From IMG/VR virus record IMGVR_UViG_3300028888_000119, positions 8,732 through 72,731 of that record: DNA of 64,000 nt; one strand, written 5' to 3'. This document shows, piece by piece, positions 42,550-52,919 of this stretch. Source of the DNA: a virus. Its lineage: Duplodnaviria; Caudoviricetes. How positions within the stretch are numbered: the stretch's first letter is position 1; each line of letters starts with the position of its first letter. The position numbers and the translations under genes were made by a program. The notes under the pieces are model-generated. The model saw only the letters and a list, made by a program, of their open reading frames with translations. It was not told the origin of the DNA and did not search any database.

Positions 42550-45500
42550 TAGGCGGTAGGGATTGTTCCGTCAGGGTTTAGTTCATAAATGATAGATGCA
42601 TATGGAGAAAACCTTGTTTTATACGCATTTAGTATCGTTTGATCCGATGAATACGGAACATATATTTTAAAGCCAGCCGCGACACGAGCGAATGTGTTTA
42701 CATTAATAACCCCACTTGCTGGAGGGGTTTGTCCCATGAATACGGCTGTTTTTAGAGAAGAACAATCAAGGCATACTCCGCCATGGAAATAAGTCAACTC
42801 GCCCTCGAAAACGATTTTTGTAATTTTTGAACATCCTTCAAATGTTGCATTAAACGACGTAACACCATATGGTAATATAATCGTTCCAATTAATCCGCTG
42901 CACCCGCGAAATGCATAAGCTCCAATCGACGTGAGAGAAGACGGTAATGTCACGGACGCCAATGATGTACAATATTGAAATGCATTCTCTCCGATCGACG
43001 TGACAGAGGAAGGAATAGTAACAGAAGTCAAAGCGGAGCACCCCTGGAATGCAGAATTACCGATTGATGTCACGCTATTAGGGATGGTGACTGATTTCAA
43101 GGTATTATTCCTATAAAATGCATTAACATTAACTGCAGTAACCCCGCTCGGAATTACAAGATTTTCAATCAATGTTCCGTTCAAATACAGCCCCCTTGTT
43201 TCGGCGGTTGAATAATGGAACGGATTAGAACTTGCTGCAAACGATATCCCGCAATAGGCCGCAATGTCTGTTATGTTAATCTTCTTTATCGCAGTACATC
43301 TCTGAAACGCATTTATCTGGACGCTTGTTAACGTAGAAGGAAGTGCCACTTCTTCAAGGGAGGCACAATCGAGGAATGGACCAGATCCATTCGTACTGCT
43401 TATTGTTGTTATGCTTCCAAGAGACAATACCCGCTTAATTGCCGTATTTGCAAACACCCGTTGCTGCAAAGTGCCGGTGAGGCTCGGCAAGTTGATGTCT
43501 GATGCGAGAGAAGTACAGTTTTGGAACGCAGCAATACCGACGGAGGTCAACCCATCCATGCCTACAACAGAGTTTAGACTGCTGCATTTGGAGAACGCTT
43601 CTTGACCAATGCTTATAACAGATGAGTGAACCGCGACAGAGGTAATCGTGTTGTTTTTATAAAAAGCAAATGTTCCAATACTTGTAATACTCTGCGGAAT
43701 CACAACATCCGTCAAAAGAGAGCCGTTTATATAATACCCTCTTTGGGGAGCATCTGTATCTGTAGAATAGTAGAATGGGTGCGAAACCCCGCTCGACGAA
43801 AAAACCACTCGTAAGATACCTTCTAAACTCGATGCATGAACTTCGGCAACCTTTGTGCAATTACCGCACAAATAATTTGTTGACGTAAGATTCTCAAAAC
43901 CACTAATACGTACAAGATCTGTACAATTATTGAAGACACTTCCCTGGTAAAATCCCGTCAATGTGGCTGGAAAAGTAATTTCTTTTAAGCTGCTGCAACC
44001 ATCAAAAGCCCTACCAAGCGTGGTTATCCCAAAATACTTGAGCTCATTAAATGTCTCAATCACGGTATTATTATTAAACCAGCTATTGTTAAAACTTGTA
44101 ACCCCTGCTGCATCGCTCATCGTAATACCACTACCATCACCGATGCCATTGGCAAGGAGTACCCGAAGGACCTCGTCATCAGCGAACCGTATATAGACTC
44201 TTGCAGGGTCATAGATGACGTAGAGCGTGCCGAAGACCGAGCAGAGTGCGCGCTTGAGCCCTTCTCCGTAATCTTCCGTCCTGGTTACACCCAAGGTATC
44301 CAGCTCATCCGTATAAATACCGCCGGTCATTTGCATCGTGCCCTCAATGACCGGATTCCCTTCGATATTGCCTTGGGCATTGATTCCGCGGTAGTTGATT
44401 TCCGTTTCGTCGTCCTTCTTCAGACCCTGTGCGATGTTCGACAGCATATGAACATCATCCGTGGTTGCCGGTGCGATATCATTCCAGATGAGACGGATGT
44501 ACTGCAGAATTGCATCATCAGAGTTGTAGCACTCAGACAGCATGTCGAATGCATCTTGATTGACGCAGTTCTCGACTTGCAATGTTCTGATTCCAGCCAT
44601 GTCGGAAGGCATCACAAGATCGGTGAGGAACTTAAGGTTCTTTAGCTGGATGTTGTTCGTGTTTTCTGACAAGTGTAGCGACTCAATCTTAGAGCCATTG
44701 GGCAGCACGACTTGGGTGATGCCCGTTCCTTCGAAGTACGCCCTTAGAAGCCTCGTACATACAGACAAGTCGATAGAGCTGGTAAGGGAAGATGCATTTC
44801 TTGCGTCTATTTCTTCCAAGCACTTCGTGTTGTTGAAGGACAGTGAAGGAACGTTCGTTGTCACGTTTGCTGCGGTCTCATCACCAATCTTGAAAGTGCG
44901 GAGTTTTTCTCCGACGATATCAATGTTATCTGTGTACTGTGCAGCGAGGACAAGGTTCTTCCAGTCTCCGAGGCTCTGCAGGTAGTTCGTCGCTTGGATA
45001 TATAGGTTCGTCTGACCAAGATTACCGAACGGTCCGGTGAACGTATAGGACTGCCCTGCCTGTGTTCTTGCCGTGGTTTCCGGGGACCCCTGGCCCTGCT
45101 CGATGGCAGGATACATCCACATCATAGGTGTCACGGTGAGCGAAGCGAGGCTCTGCGGACGGAAGGTGATCTGCCCAAGAGATGTATCGGAATACTGTGC
45201 AAACGGACCGACCTTGAACAGTGACATCACGTAGATCGCCCGACGGGTGCACCAGAGTTTCTCCGCCTCGAAGTGATTACCGAGCGACTGCGAGAGAGGA
45301 TCGACAGCCTGCCCGTTGGTCAGCCATGCGGTCTCGTATTTCCACGATGAATCCACGTTGTACGCGGACGGTGGAAAGTAGTTCTGGGCATTGTCCCAGA
45401 AGTATTTCTTGAAGAAGTTCACAACCCCTGCAAACGGGTTCGCACCGCCACCAAGAGAAGCCATTGCCCTGACGGTATCCTGCCCGATAGACTCGATGCC

Positions 45501-48500
45501 CTTGGACGTGCCGTAGTCATTGTAGAAGGTCTCGAAGAGCAGGTTCCAGAACACCGAGGTCGAACCGGCGAAGGTGACCGAGCCGTTCTCTGCATCGGTA
45601 AACTCAATATAATACGGCTTACTATCGGCACCACGGTTGTCCGTATCGAAGATGGAGTCCAAGTCGTCTTGTCTCCATTTGAATCGTCCGCCATTGGCAA
45701 GCGTCTTCATCTTGTACGGGTACGAGTTCTTGGCGAAGTTGTCCGTAGCGCCCGTAGTGACACAGTAGACAAGGTGGAAGGCACAGTCTTGGATGTCCCA
45801 GTAGTTCGGTGCCAGCGAGAGGAATCTCGCCCTACGCTGGGTCTTAAACCACTCGTTCTTCTCGTCCAGTGTACTGCCGGAAGGGGAGCCGTTCTGTGTG
45901 ACGAGGTTGATCCCAGCCTCGTACTGTCCGGTCACAAGGTCATAGTGGTAGAGCACGTACTCCCCTTCAATCCAGAACTCCATGTCTGCCCGTCCGAACC
46001 TGGTGTTGTATGCTTGAGAGCGGAAGTTCGTAACATCCGCGTTGATGTTCGCCAGCACTGCAGCCGCGTTCGCTCCGCCGTAGGTAGCATCGCTCAGAGC
46101 GACCGGGAAGATGAGCGTGGAGTTATTCCATGCCACGTCATAGGCTGGCTTGAACTCCGCCTCAAGAACGGACTGAATCGCCGCTTGGTCCGAGGCTTCG
46201 TCCGTGGACAGCCCGTGGCAGTTGCTGACCTCCCATGCGTTGTCGAAGTTGTTGTTGCTGATGACGATATTCAGACACTCGTTGGACGCTCTGTATTCTA
46301 CCTCATTGTTCCACGGATACTGGAACTGTGCGAGCCTGCGGGAGTGGTCGGTGCCTTCAAGAGTAAGGAGCGAGCCCTTGATGTCATCAGAGATATTGTA
46401 ACCAAATGTCGGTTTATCTCCCTTATCAGGACCGATGGTGAACAGACCTATGAATTCGTAGGTCGCAACACCCTGCTGCGAGACTGTGCGGGAGAAGCCA
46501 AATGCGGGATACTGATACACGGCCACCGTTGGGATAGGCTTTCCCGTTTCTTCAGCATATGCTTGCGCTTCGTTATATCCCACGACCGCATCATGCAGGT
46601 CGTTAAATGCCCGCGTTGCTCCAATCTTGTGGGACTGCATGGAGGATGCCATGTTAATCTTCGCCGTAATCCTCATTACTGCTGGGTGGTTCTGGGCAGA
46701 GCCGTTTGCGCCACCATCGAAGTACACCGTCTTGGAATTTGACGACGGCAGGATGTTGAATATCTTTTTGCCATCGAGACCGGTTGTCGGGGAATCGTAG
46801 TATGCTACCGGAATCTGCTTGGAAGAATTTGTCTTATCAATCCTCCAGCGAATGTTCCACCGATAGTAGTCCATCGAGGTAGTACCTTGACCGGAGGTCT
46901 CAACGCCGAATAGCTTGAAGTCCCACTCGGGATGCGCTCCATAGTGCATCTCGAAGTCTGAATATCCCTTCGTGTTCTTGTCCCAATTGTTTGCTCTTGA
47001 AGGTACGGTCGCTCCATCCTTCATCTCCACAACGAAGAAGTTGTAGTTGTATGGGGAGTTCACCACTTGGTCGTAGAGCAGCTCGTGCGTATTACTGTTC
47101 AGCACGGAGTTGAACCAGGCGTATGCAGTCTCACGGTCGGTCAAAGTGCGGAGGGAGTTAATGTAGTTCTGCTCTGCGGCCTTGACGCCAAGAACTTTTC
47201 GATAAACCCTGCACATGTAAATGTAAACGTCTGCGGAAGAAGATCCGATGACCAGGTCTCCATCATTCTCCCAGGCAGTACCATTTGCATAGGAGAACTG
47301 CAGATTCTTGCAACCATTGACGTATGCAGTCACGAGGTTCTTACCGGTGTTTCCGCCAAAGGAATTCTGAATCGTAAAGAGCAAGTGCACCGTCTGCTCG
47401 TCACTGAAGGACTTCCCTCTTGCCGTATCGTTGGACGCGCTTGTGTCCGCGCCCGAATGAATGGTAAAATTTGTTGGCTTAATGCGAATGCCTTGGAATC
47501 CGGCGGCAAGCGGATTCTCGGACACTGTGATTATATTCTCGGAGTAATCCGATACGTTGGAAACTCGGAAGCACAACTCAAAGGTCATGTTTTCTCCCTG
47601 CATTGCCTTGTATGGAATTGTACAAAAAGACCCTGCTGGAATGAGCAGCGCCCTTCTGCCATCCGGATCAGTCGTCCATCCATCGATGCCGTCCACCCAT
47701 GCCATCCGAGTCCATGTGGCTGGAATCTCCGTTGCCGGTGTCGCCGCTTCATTGAGGATGCTGGTCTTGTTCGTGTCGTTGTTTGAGCGGGATGATGCGT
47801 TAAGGTAGAATTCTGCGCCAGACTCTGCAGGATAAATTGCGGAGTTGTCAATCGGGATGGACTGCACCTGCTGGGATGTCCCCATTGTAATCTCGAAGTA
47901 GGCATACAGGCTGATGGTCTCCTCGGTCAGCCACTCAATGGTGTATTCCAGCGTATGTGCTTCGCCAGTCGTCGTTCCGGCATAGTCCGAGTCGACCTTC
48001 GTGGTCGGTGTCGTTCCGGACCACAACTGAATCTTGATGTGCGGGTCGCCGGTCGAGAAGCCGGCGTTGTAGATGGCATAATCGCAAAGAGCTGCCGTGG
48101 AGTAGTTGTACACCTTTTGGGCGACATTGTTAACGCACACCAACTTTGCAGAGGTCTTGTCGGCTGACGCGATGTGCATAAAGTTATAGGACACCGGGAT
48201 TGATGTCAGTGAGCCGGAAACAAGGTACGCTTTGCAGATGTACACGCCGGTCGGAAGAGTGGATAGGTCGAGTCCCTCTGTGTCCGTGAAGTTGTATGGC
48301 GTATCCACATAGGACGAAATACCAATCAGTTTCTCGAAGTGCAGCAGCATAGAACTGCCTTGATAAATCTCGATGTGGAGAGTTTTCGACAGCGAGCCTA
48401 CGATACGGAACCCGCCGAGTTTATAATTAGTTGCTTCCCCTTCTACGATGGCATTGTACCATGTGTTAGAGAGCATCTCAATATACATTTCTGACAAGGT

Positions 48501-49106
48501 TACCGAGTAAACAACGCTTCCAGTTACAGACTCGTCGTCCTCCGATTCAAATGTAACTTTGATTCGGTTAGCTCCCACGGACAGCAGTTCTCTCACGTCC
48601 AGTTGATACGTTGCCCCGGCGACAAGCATTTGTGTGGAATTGGGAATGAGCGTGTAAGATCCTTGTGCGCCAGCATCGATGTACGCCTTGGCGATGGCAC
48701 CCGAGCCCGTGGATGTCCATGTCGTATCCGAGATGGTCTTTGTCTGCACATCGAATCCAAGTGAAAGGACAAGCGCGGTCTGGTTCGTCGCCACCTGGAT
48801 ATCATACGACGGTAGGTTGTTCGTAATGAAAACCCTGAACATGTCTGACGATAGATTCAAAGGAGTCGTGGAGAGAATCAAGTCTGTCCTCGTCGGGTCT
48901 TCAACATATGCGTCCCTATCCTCTACCGTATGGAAGAAGTACAACGTATAGTTGGATTGATTGAAGTATGCTGCGCCTGCGGACTGGTTTATTCCGCTTT
49001 TGATATAGTTTTGAATCGCACTTCCAGGATACGGAAGATTATTTCTTGTGTCTATCGTCCAGTCATCAGATGGACGTATCGCGTTGGGACTAAACTGTTT
49101 TGCCAT
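42549..49106 (-). CDS. 2185-aa virion-associated multidomain protein (LamG-like, CotH-like kinase motifs, LRR, BspA/LRR_5 C-terminus)
   Basis: Repeated xIPxSVTSIGxxAFxxCxxL BspA units; ATDNFAKN and WRQDDLDS motifs; located in the tail-fibre cluster. Confidence 0.75.
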   Translation of the reverse strand: MAKQFSPNAIRPSDDWTIDTRNNLPYPGSAIQNYIKSGINQSAGAAYFNQSNYTLYFFHTVEDRDAYVEDPTRTDLILSTTPLNLSSDMFRVFITNNLPSYDIQVATNQTALVLSLGFDVQTKTISDTTWTSTGSGAIAKAYIDAGAQGSYTLIPNSTQMLVAGATYQLDVRELLSVGANRIKVTFESEDDESVTGSVVYSVTLSEMYIEMLSNTWYNAIVEGEATNYKLGGFRIVGSLSKTLHIEIYQGSSMLLHFEKLIGISSYVDTPYNFTDTEGLDLSTLPTGVYICKAYLVSGSLTSIPVSYNFMHIASADKTSAKLVCVNNVAQKVYNYSTAALCDYAIYNAGFSTGDPHIKIQLWSGTTPTTKVDSDYAGTTTGEAHTLEYTIEWLTEETISLYAYFEITMGTSQQVQSIPIDNSAIYPAESGAEFYLNASSRSNNDTNKTSILNEAATPATEIPATWTRMAWVDGIDGWTTDPDGRRALLIPAGSFCTIPYKAMQGENMTFELCFRVSNVSDYSENIITVSENPLAAGFQGIRIKPTNFTIHSGADTSASNDTARGKSFSDEQTVHLLFTIQNSFGGNTGKNLVTAYVNGCKNLQFSYANGTAWENDGDLVIGSSSADVYIYMCRVYRKVLGVKAAEQNYINSLRTLTDRETAYAWFNSVLNSNTHELLYDQVVNSPYNYNFFVVEMKDGATVPSRANNWDKNTKGYSDFEMHYGAHPEWDFKLFGVETSGQGTTSMDYYRWNIRWRIDKTNSSKQIPVAYYDSPTTGLDGKKIFNILPSSNSKTVYFDGGANGSAQNHPAVMRITAKINMASSMQSHKIGATRAFNDLHDAVVGYNEAQAYAEETGKPIPTVAVYQYPAFGFSRTVSQQGVATYEFIGLFTIGPDKGDKPTFGYNISDDIKGSLLTLEGTDHSRRLAQFQYPWNNEVEYRASNECLNIVISNNNFDNAWEVSNCHGLSTDEASDQAAIQSVLEAEFKPAYDVAWNNSTLIFPVALSDATYGGANAAAVLANINADVTNFRSQAYNTRFGRADMEFWIEGEYVLYHYDLVTGQYEAGINLVTQNGSPSGSTLDEKNEWFKTQRRARFLSLAPNYWDIQDCAFHLVYCVTTGATDNFAKNSYPYKMKTLANGGRFKWRQDDLDSIFDTDNRGADSKPYYIEFTDAENGSVTFAGSTSVFWNLLFETFYNDYGTSKGIESIGQDTVRAMASLGGGANPFAGVVNFFKKYFWDNAQNYFPPSAYNVDSSWKYETAWLTNGQAVDPLSQSLGNHFEAEKLWCTRRAIYVMSLFKVGPFAQYSDTSLGQITFRPQSLASLTVTPMMWMYPAIEQGQGSPETTARTQAGQSYTFTGPFGNLGQTNLYIQATNYLQSLGDWKNLVLAAQYTDNIDIVGEKLRTFKIGDETAANVTTNVPSLSFNNTKCLEEIDARNASSLTSSIDLSVCTRLLRAYFEGTGITQVVLPNGSKIESLHLSENTNNIQLKNLKFLTDLVMPSDMAGIRTLQVENCVNQDAFDMLSECYNSDDAILQYIRLIWNDIAPATTDDVHMLSNIAQGLKKDDETEINYRGINAQGNIEGNPVIEGTMQMTGGIYTDELDTLGVTRTEDYGEGLKRALCSVFGTLYVIYDPARVYIRFADDEVLRVLLANGIGDGSGITMSDAAGVTSFNNSWFNNNTVIETFNELKYFGITTLGRAFDGCSSLKEITFPATLTGFYQGSVFNNCTDLVRISGFENLTSTNYLCGNCTKVAEVHASSLEGILRVVFSSSGVSHPFYYSTDTDAPQRGYYINGSLLTDVVIPQSITSIGTFAFYKNNTITSVAVHSSVISIGQEAFSKCSSLNSVVGMDGLTSVGIAAFQNCTSLASDINLPSLTGTLQQRVFANTAIKRVLSLGSITTISSTNGSGPFLDCASLEEVALPSTLTSVQINAFQRCTAIKKINITDIAAYCGISFAASSNPFHYSTAETRGLYLNGTLIENLVIPSGVTAVNVNAFYRNNTLKSVTIPNSVTSIGNSAFQGCSALTSVTIPSSVTSIGENAFQYCTSLASVTLPSSLTSIGAYAFRGCSGLIGTIILPYGVTSFNATFEGCSKITKIVFEGELTYFHGGVCLDCSSLKTAVFMGQTPPASGVINVNTFARVAAGFKIYVPYSSDQTILNAYKTRFSPYASIIYELNPDGTIPTA

Positions 49107-49108
49107 AT

Positions 49109-49282
49109 CTAATTATTTTTCCATGCTTCTTCGTTGATCCACGGTTTTTCATTTATCCATTGACCGCTGCCGAAACAAGATCGGATTGCCTGCCACACAA
49201 GTTGTGTTCCCTTGTAGATGGCCGCTATTGCTCTCGTGCCGAGACTGACCGCAGTGATCTCTTTTCCGTTCTTGTAAATCAT
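49109..49282 (-). CDS. small tail-fibre-associated protein (57 aa)
   Basis: Translated by hand: MIYKNGKEITAVSLGTRAIAAIYKGTQLVWQAIRSCFGSGQWINEKPWINEEAWKNN. Confidence 0.65.
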   Translation of the reverse strand: MIYKNGKEITAVSLGTRAIAAIYKGTQLVWQAIRSCFGSGQWINEKPWINEEAWKNN

Positions 49283-50412
49283 TATTCGTAGATGTAATAA
49301 TACTTGTCCGGGTCTTTCGTAGCGAGCGCCTCGTAATCCTCTTCTGACAGTGCAGTGTGCAGGGACTCCAATTCCTCAACCTGCTGACGGTAACTCTCTA
49401 TCGTGTTTGCCAGAAGCGTCGCGAGATCGAGTGTCACGACGTCTCCGCTCGTGAAGGTCATGGTGAGGATTCCGTTCTGGTATGATGCCGAGGTCAACAC
49501 CCCGGAGATAGAGAAGTCGTCCGTGCTCAACGATGAGAGCGTCGTGCTCCCGCGCTTGAGCAGGATGGTGTTCGTGTTGGAGTTGAACGTAAGCGAGAGG
49601 CTGTCGGAATAGGTCTTTATGCCGCCACTTGTCACGGGATTCACACTCCCTGCGGTCGGCTCCAAGTCGAATGTCAACTGTGTTTGAAGGGCCATCATGG
49701 ATGAGGACCATTCATCTGTAATATCCAATGTAAGGGTATACACACTATTTCCATCGGTCCTCGAAAACCTGAATGTATCATCACCGAGCTCTGAAGTTTG
49801 CTTAAGAATGTACAAGTATCCGCCAGAGTCAAATGCGATTACATTCTTTCCAGCACTATATGCGTCGTCAACCTCTTGATAAGTCGTTGTTCCATACTCT
49901 GCATAAAAAGTTCCTCCGGCATTTTGTATTGCATCATATACGGCTTTTGCTGAAGGATACTGCGCGTTTGTCGAAGCAGCGGAAATTGAGTTAACCTTAT
50001 GGTCGAGGCTTTCTACATCTTTATACACTGGTCCTGACCATACATCTTGGTCTGACACTCTTACCTCTGCGTGAGAGATGCTTTGGTCGGCGTTTGAATA
50101 CAGCGCGGAAAATGTATGGTAACCATTCTCATACGAGTCGGACGACAGCGTGAAAACAAGATCTTCGGTATCATTGTCATACTTCAGAAGGACAACCTTC
50201 CCGCTTGCGTTGGCTTGGGAGATCTCGGAATACGTCGTGGTCCCATATGTCGCTACGAACACATCGTCTCCTGCCTTCTTGTCGACAGTACCGCTGGAAT
50301 TACCAACATAGATTCCGCCGTCTGTGGCGAAGTAAATCTTCCCTTCGGATGCGGTCGTAAGGGCTTCGAGTTCGGCACGAGTATAGTGCCTGTTGAAATT
50401 CACGTAACTCAT
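49282..50412 (-). CDS. tail fibre/appendage protein with internal repeat
   Basis: Two xxYGTTTYxE..A..xGK units; C-terminal YEALATKDPDKYYYIYE. Confidence 0.7.
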   Translation of the reverse strand: MSYVNFNRHYTRAELEALTTASEGKIYFATDGGIYVGNSSGTVDKKAGDDVFVATYGTTTYSEISQANASGKVVLLKYDNDTEDLVFTLSSDSYENGYHTFSALYSNADQSISHAEVRVSDQDVWSGPVYKDVESLDHKVNSISAASTNAQYPSAKAVYDAIQNAGGTFYAEYGTTTYQEVDDAYSAGKNVIAFDSGGYLYILKQTSELGDDTFRFSRTDGNSVYTLTLDITDEWSSSMMALQTQLTFDLEPTAGSVNPVTSGGIKTYSDSLSLTFNSNTNTILLKRGSTTLSSLSTDDFSISGVLTSASYQNGILTMTFTSGDVVTLDLATLLANTIESYRQQVEELESLHTALSEEDYEALATKDPDKYYYIYE

Positions 50413-50460
50413 AATGTACCTAAAGTATAGAGCGCAGCTCTGTTATGAGTCCAGTAATGC

Positions 50461-51864
50461 TTAGTCTTCCCAAGTGAGGCAACTCACCGCGACGGAGAGG
50501 TTGTTGGCTTGAGTGGACGTCATATAGCCATCGTTGCTTGCAGTTGCTGCAGGGATGGTCTTTGTGTTGCCGCTCAGAGACACCGCATTGGTGCCACCAG
50601 CAAGACTTGCATCATGGACTACCGTCTTCCATGCATCTGCCGCAGAACTCGAGGAACCCACACTTCCGCTACCACCAACGGCGATGCTGACATTCTTCTT
50701 GGTCACGGAAATCACACCTGCCGTGTTTTGGGATATCGTGGCGATAAACTGCGAGGCGTCGCCACTTGCGGTCGGGTCGGTTACGGCGGACTGGACGGCC
50801 TTGAAGTGGAGTTTCTTGCGGGTGACGGAGATCTTCCCATCACTTCCCTGAGTGACAGACTCGACATATGCACCATCGGTAGCGCCGTTAGATGAGGCTG
50901 TCGGAGCACTCACAGTCATGTTCACCGCCTTGGTCTTCCCGTCTGTGCCGTCAGCAACCAGGGCATAGTCGTTCGTGAAGGTGTTAGTACCCTTGTACAA
51001 TGCTCCCGTCACATCCGTAGTGCCGAACTTCTCCCACTTGGTTGCATCTGCCGTAGAGCCGATGTCATCGGTGGCCACCCACTCGCCGTGGTCTGCAGTG
51101 ACCACATACACATCGCCTTTCTTTACGTTAGTAAGGGCCTTCAGCGCTGTTTCTGTTGCAACTGTCCCCTCGAAGTGCATGATGCTACCGAGGTCGGAAA
51201 TGGCATCCGAAATTGCGGAATCCACATCAGCAGGAGACGCGGCGTCGATGTTGGAGCGAATCTGAGTCTTTTCCGCCGCACTGAGAGACTGGGCAGAGGT
51301 GTCCAGCATGGTATAGGAATGAGTGCCGTCTTCCCGCTGGACAGGGTCACTACTCTTGATAACCGTAGGGATGCTCTCATCACCGACTTCCACACAATCA
51401 TCACCGCCGGTGTAATGGCCAATGAGGTTCACGGGAGAGCCGCCAGAACCCGCCACGTCGGAAGTGATGTAAGTGTCGTCGGTCATCACGATACCGCCCG
51501 TCATCTTCCCGCCGGATTTCTTCAAGTATGTGGCATCAATCTGGTCTCCATTTACATCATTAGTGGCTTTATCAGCAGATTCCACACTGAGAATCTTTGT
51601 TAAAGGAGACGCCCCACTGGTAAGGTAGTCGTTAATAAGGTCTGTAATGTCCTTGCCGCTTAAGGTATTCCCGTTGACTTGACCTACCAGTTTAAGGATT
51701 GCCGTGCTTCCACCTTCCGTCGAGCCAACATACACAGCAGTCGCACCAGAGGCTGCAACATACCAAGTACCATCAATTACTGCGGTTCCGTTAATGGATG
51801 CAGTACCCACCGCAGCAGTCAGCTGGGCCTGTGTAAAATGTCTATTAAATGCTACTTTTGCCAT
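50461..51864 (-). CDS. tail fibre-like protein
   Basis: Ser/Thr/Ala-rich; MHFEGTV...KKGDVYVV...WEKFG; ATASNDGYMT fibre motif. Confidence 0.75.
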   Translation of the reverse strand: MAKVAFNRHFTQAQLTAAVGTASINGTAVIDGTWYVAASGATAVYVGSTEGGSTAILKLVGQVNGNTLSGKDITDLINDYLTSGASPLTKILSVESADKATNDVNGDQIDATYLKKSGGKMTGGIVMTDDTYITSDVAGSGGSPVNLIGHYTGGDDCVEVGDESIPTVIKSSDPVQREDGTHSYTMLDTSAQSLSAAEKTQIRSNIDAASPADVDSAISDAISDLGSIMHFEGTVATETALKALTNVKKGDVYVVTADHGEWVATDDIGSTADATKWEKFGTTDVTGALYKGTNTFTNDYALVADGTDGKTKAVNMTVSAPTASSNGATDGAYVESVTQGSDGKISVTRKKLHFKAVQSAVTDPTASGDASQFIATISQNTAGVISVTKKNVSIAVGGSGSVGSSSSAADAWKTVVHDASLAGGTNAVSLSGNTKTIPAATASNDGYMTSTQANNLSVAVSCLTWED

Positions 51865-51883
51865 AGTATCCTATTGTTATTTG

Positions 51884-52630
51884 TTATTCATGCCACTTTA
51901 ATTGCTTATCAACATATTCTTTCGTCGCCGCATCGAAGTCTTGCACGGGAGATGCCAAGTTAAAAATTCGGTTATTGTGCATATCTACATCTCCGAGAAA
52001 ATCAGCGCCGGCATCGAACGTAACATTCCCGGTAAATTCACCATTGTCTTTTGAAACGAAATGATCCTCTACGAATCCCTTGTTTACGGCGTCGTATTCG
52101 TCGGTCGGGTCGCCAAGATTACGTACTTTATTATAGTGCATGTCGGCTTGTCCGCCTTCTACACGGAATCCGGAATCAAATGTGACATTCCCGGAGAATT
52201 CTCCTCCGGATTTTGGCATATACGGCGATTCAGTGATAATCCACTGGCTACTGGCGGTTACGCTGACAACCCACTCTTTCTCGCTTTTGTATCCTCCGAC
52301 GAAATACACTATGTTTGTCGCGTAATTGTTCTCGTAGAAATATTCACCGCCCTTGTTTACAACAACTCTTTTACCGGCGCGATGCCTACTGATTATTTCT
52401 GAGTAAGGTGTCTCACCAAATGTTGCAACAAATATATCTGCGACATCGACATAGATATCTCCGGGACCCAAAATAGGGACCCCGTTTACGGTCTTTATGT
52501 TTTCGCCGCTTACTAGAGTGTCTTGTTTCTTCGACAGACCCTCATCGACATACGTTTTTTCGGCGAGGATTGCGGACCGATCTAATATTTCTTGGACTTC
52601 TTGTCCGGTTTGAGTCAGTTTGGTTGCCAT
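51884..52630 (-). CDS. fibre-like protein with YadA-like repeats
   Basis: KQDTLVSGENIKTVNG; two GNVTF...DMHxNxxxNL..P....DAxxKxxVx repeats. Confidence 0.7.
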   Translation of the reverse strand: MATKLTQTGQEVQEILDRSAILAEKTYVDEGLSKKQDTLVSGENIKTVNGVPILGPGDIYVDVADIFVATFGETPYSEIISRHRAGKRVVVNKGGEYFYENNYATNIVYFVGGYKSEKEWVVSVTASSQWIITESPYMPKSGGEFSGNVTFDSGFRVEGGQADMHYNKVRNLGDPTDEYDAVNKGFVEDHFVSKDNGEFTGNVTFDAGADFLGDVDMHNNRIFNLASPVQDFDAATKEYVDKQLKWHE

Positions 52631-52633
52631 CGG

Positions 52634-52918
52634 CTACCTCCTCTTTTTTACCATTATTTTTCCACCGTCAACCGTAAGAAGTATTCCATCACACGCATAT
52701 AGGAAATCATATTCTCCTATGCTATTCACGCAGACCATCGCAAACGTCGCCCGCATATGATTTACCGGAGTAAATGATGACGACAAATCGCGTATTGGGG
52801 TAAAACTCGAACTAATATCTGTTTGCGGCACGAACTCTGCTTTAACATCGTTTAGTGGTGACGCCTGCAATTCGGTATCACCACCGACCGGGGTAAAGAG
52901 AATCGTTAAGCAGCTCAT
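52634..52918 (-). CDS. hypothetical structural-cluster protein
   Basis: 94 aa; short SFTP repeats. Confidence 0.6.
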   Translation of the reverse strand: MSCLTILFTPVGGDTELQASPLNDVKAEFVPQTDISSSFTPIRDLSSSFTPVNHMRATFAMVCVNSIGEYDFLYACDGILLTVDGGKIMVKKRR

Positions 52919-52919
52919 A

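Noticed and set aside
42549-44200. Diversity-generating retroelement targeting the LRR protein
   Set aside because: No reverse transcriptase and no adenine-mismatched template/variable repeat pair seen in the window; one outside the window cannot be excluded.
45669-46742. Long plus-strand ORFs (357 aa here; also 38867-39670, 47067-47786 and others)
   Set aside because: Antisense shadows of GC-rich real genes, with no motifs or expression signals.
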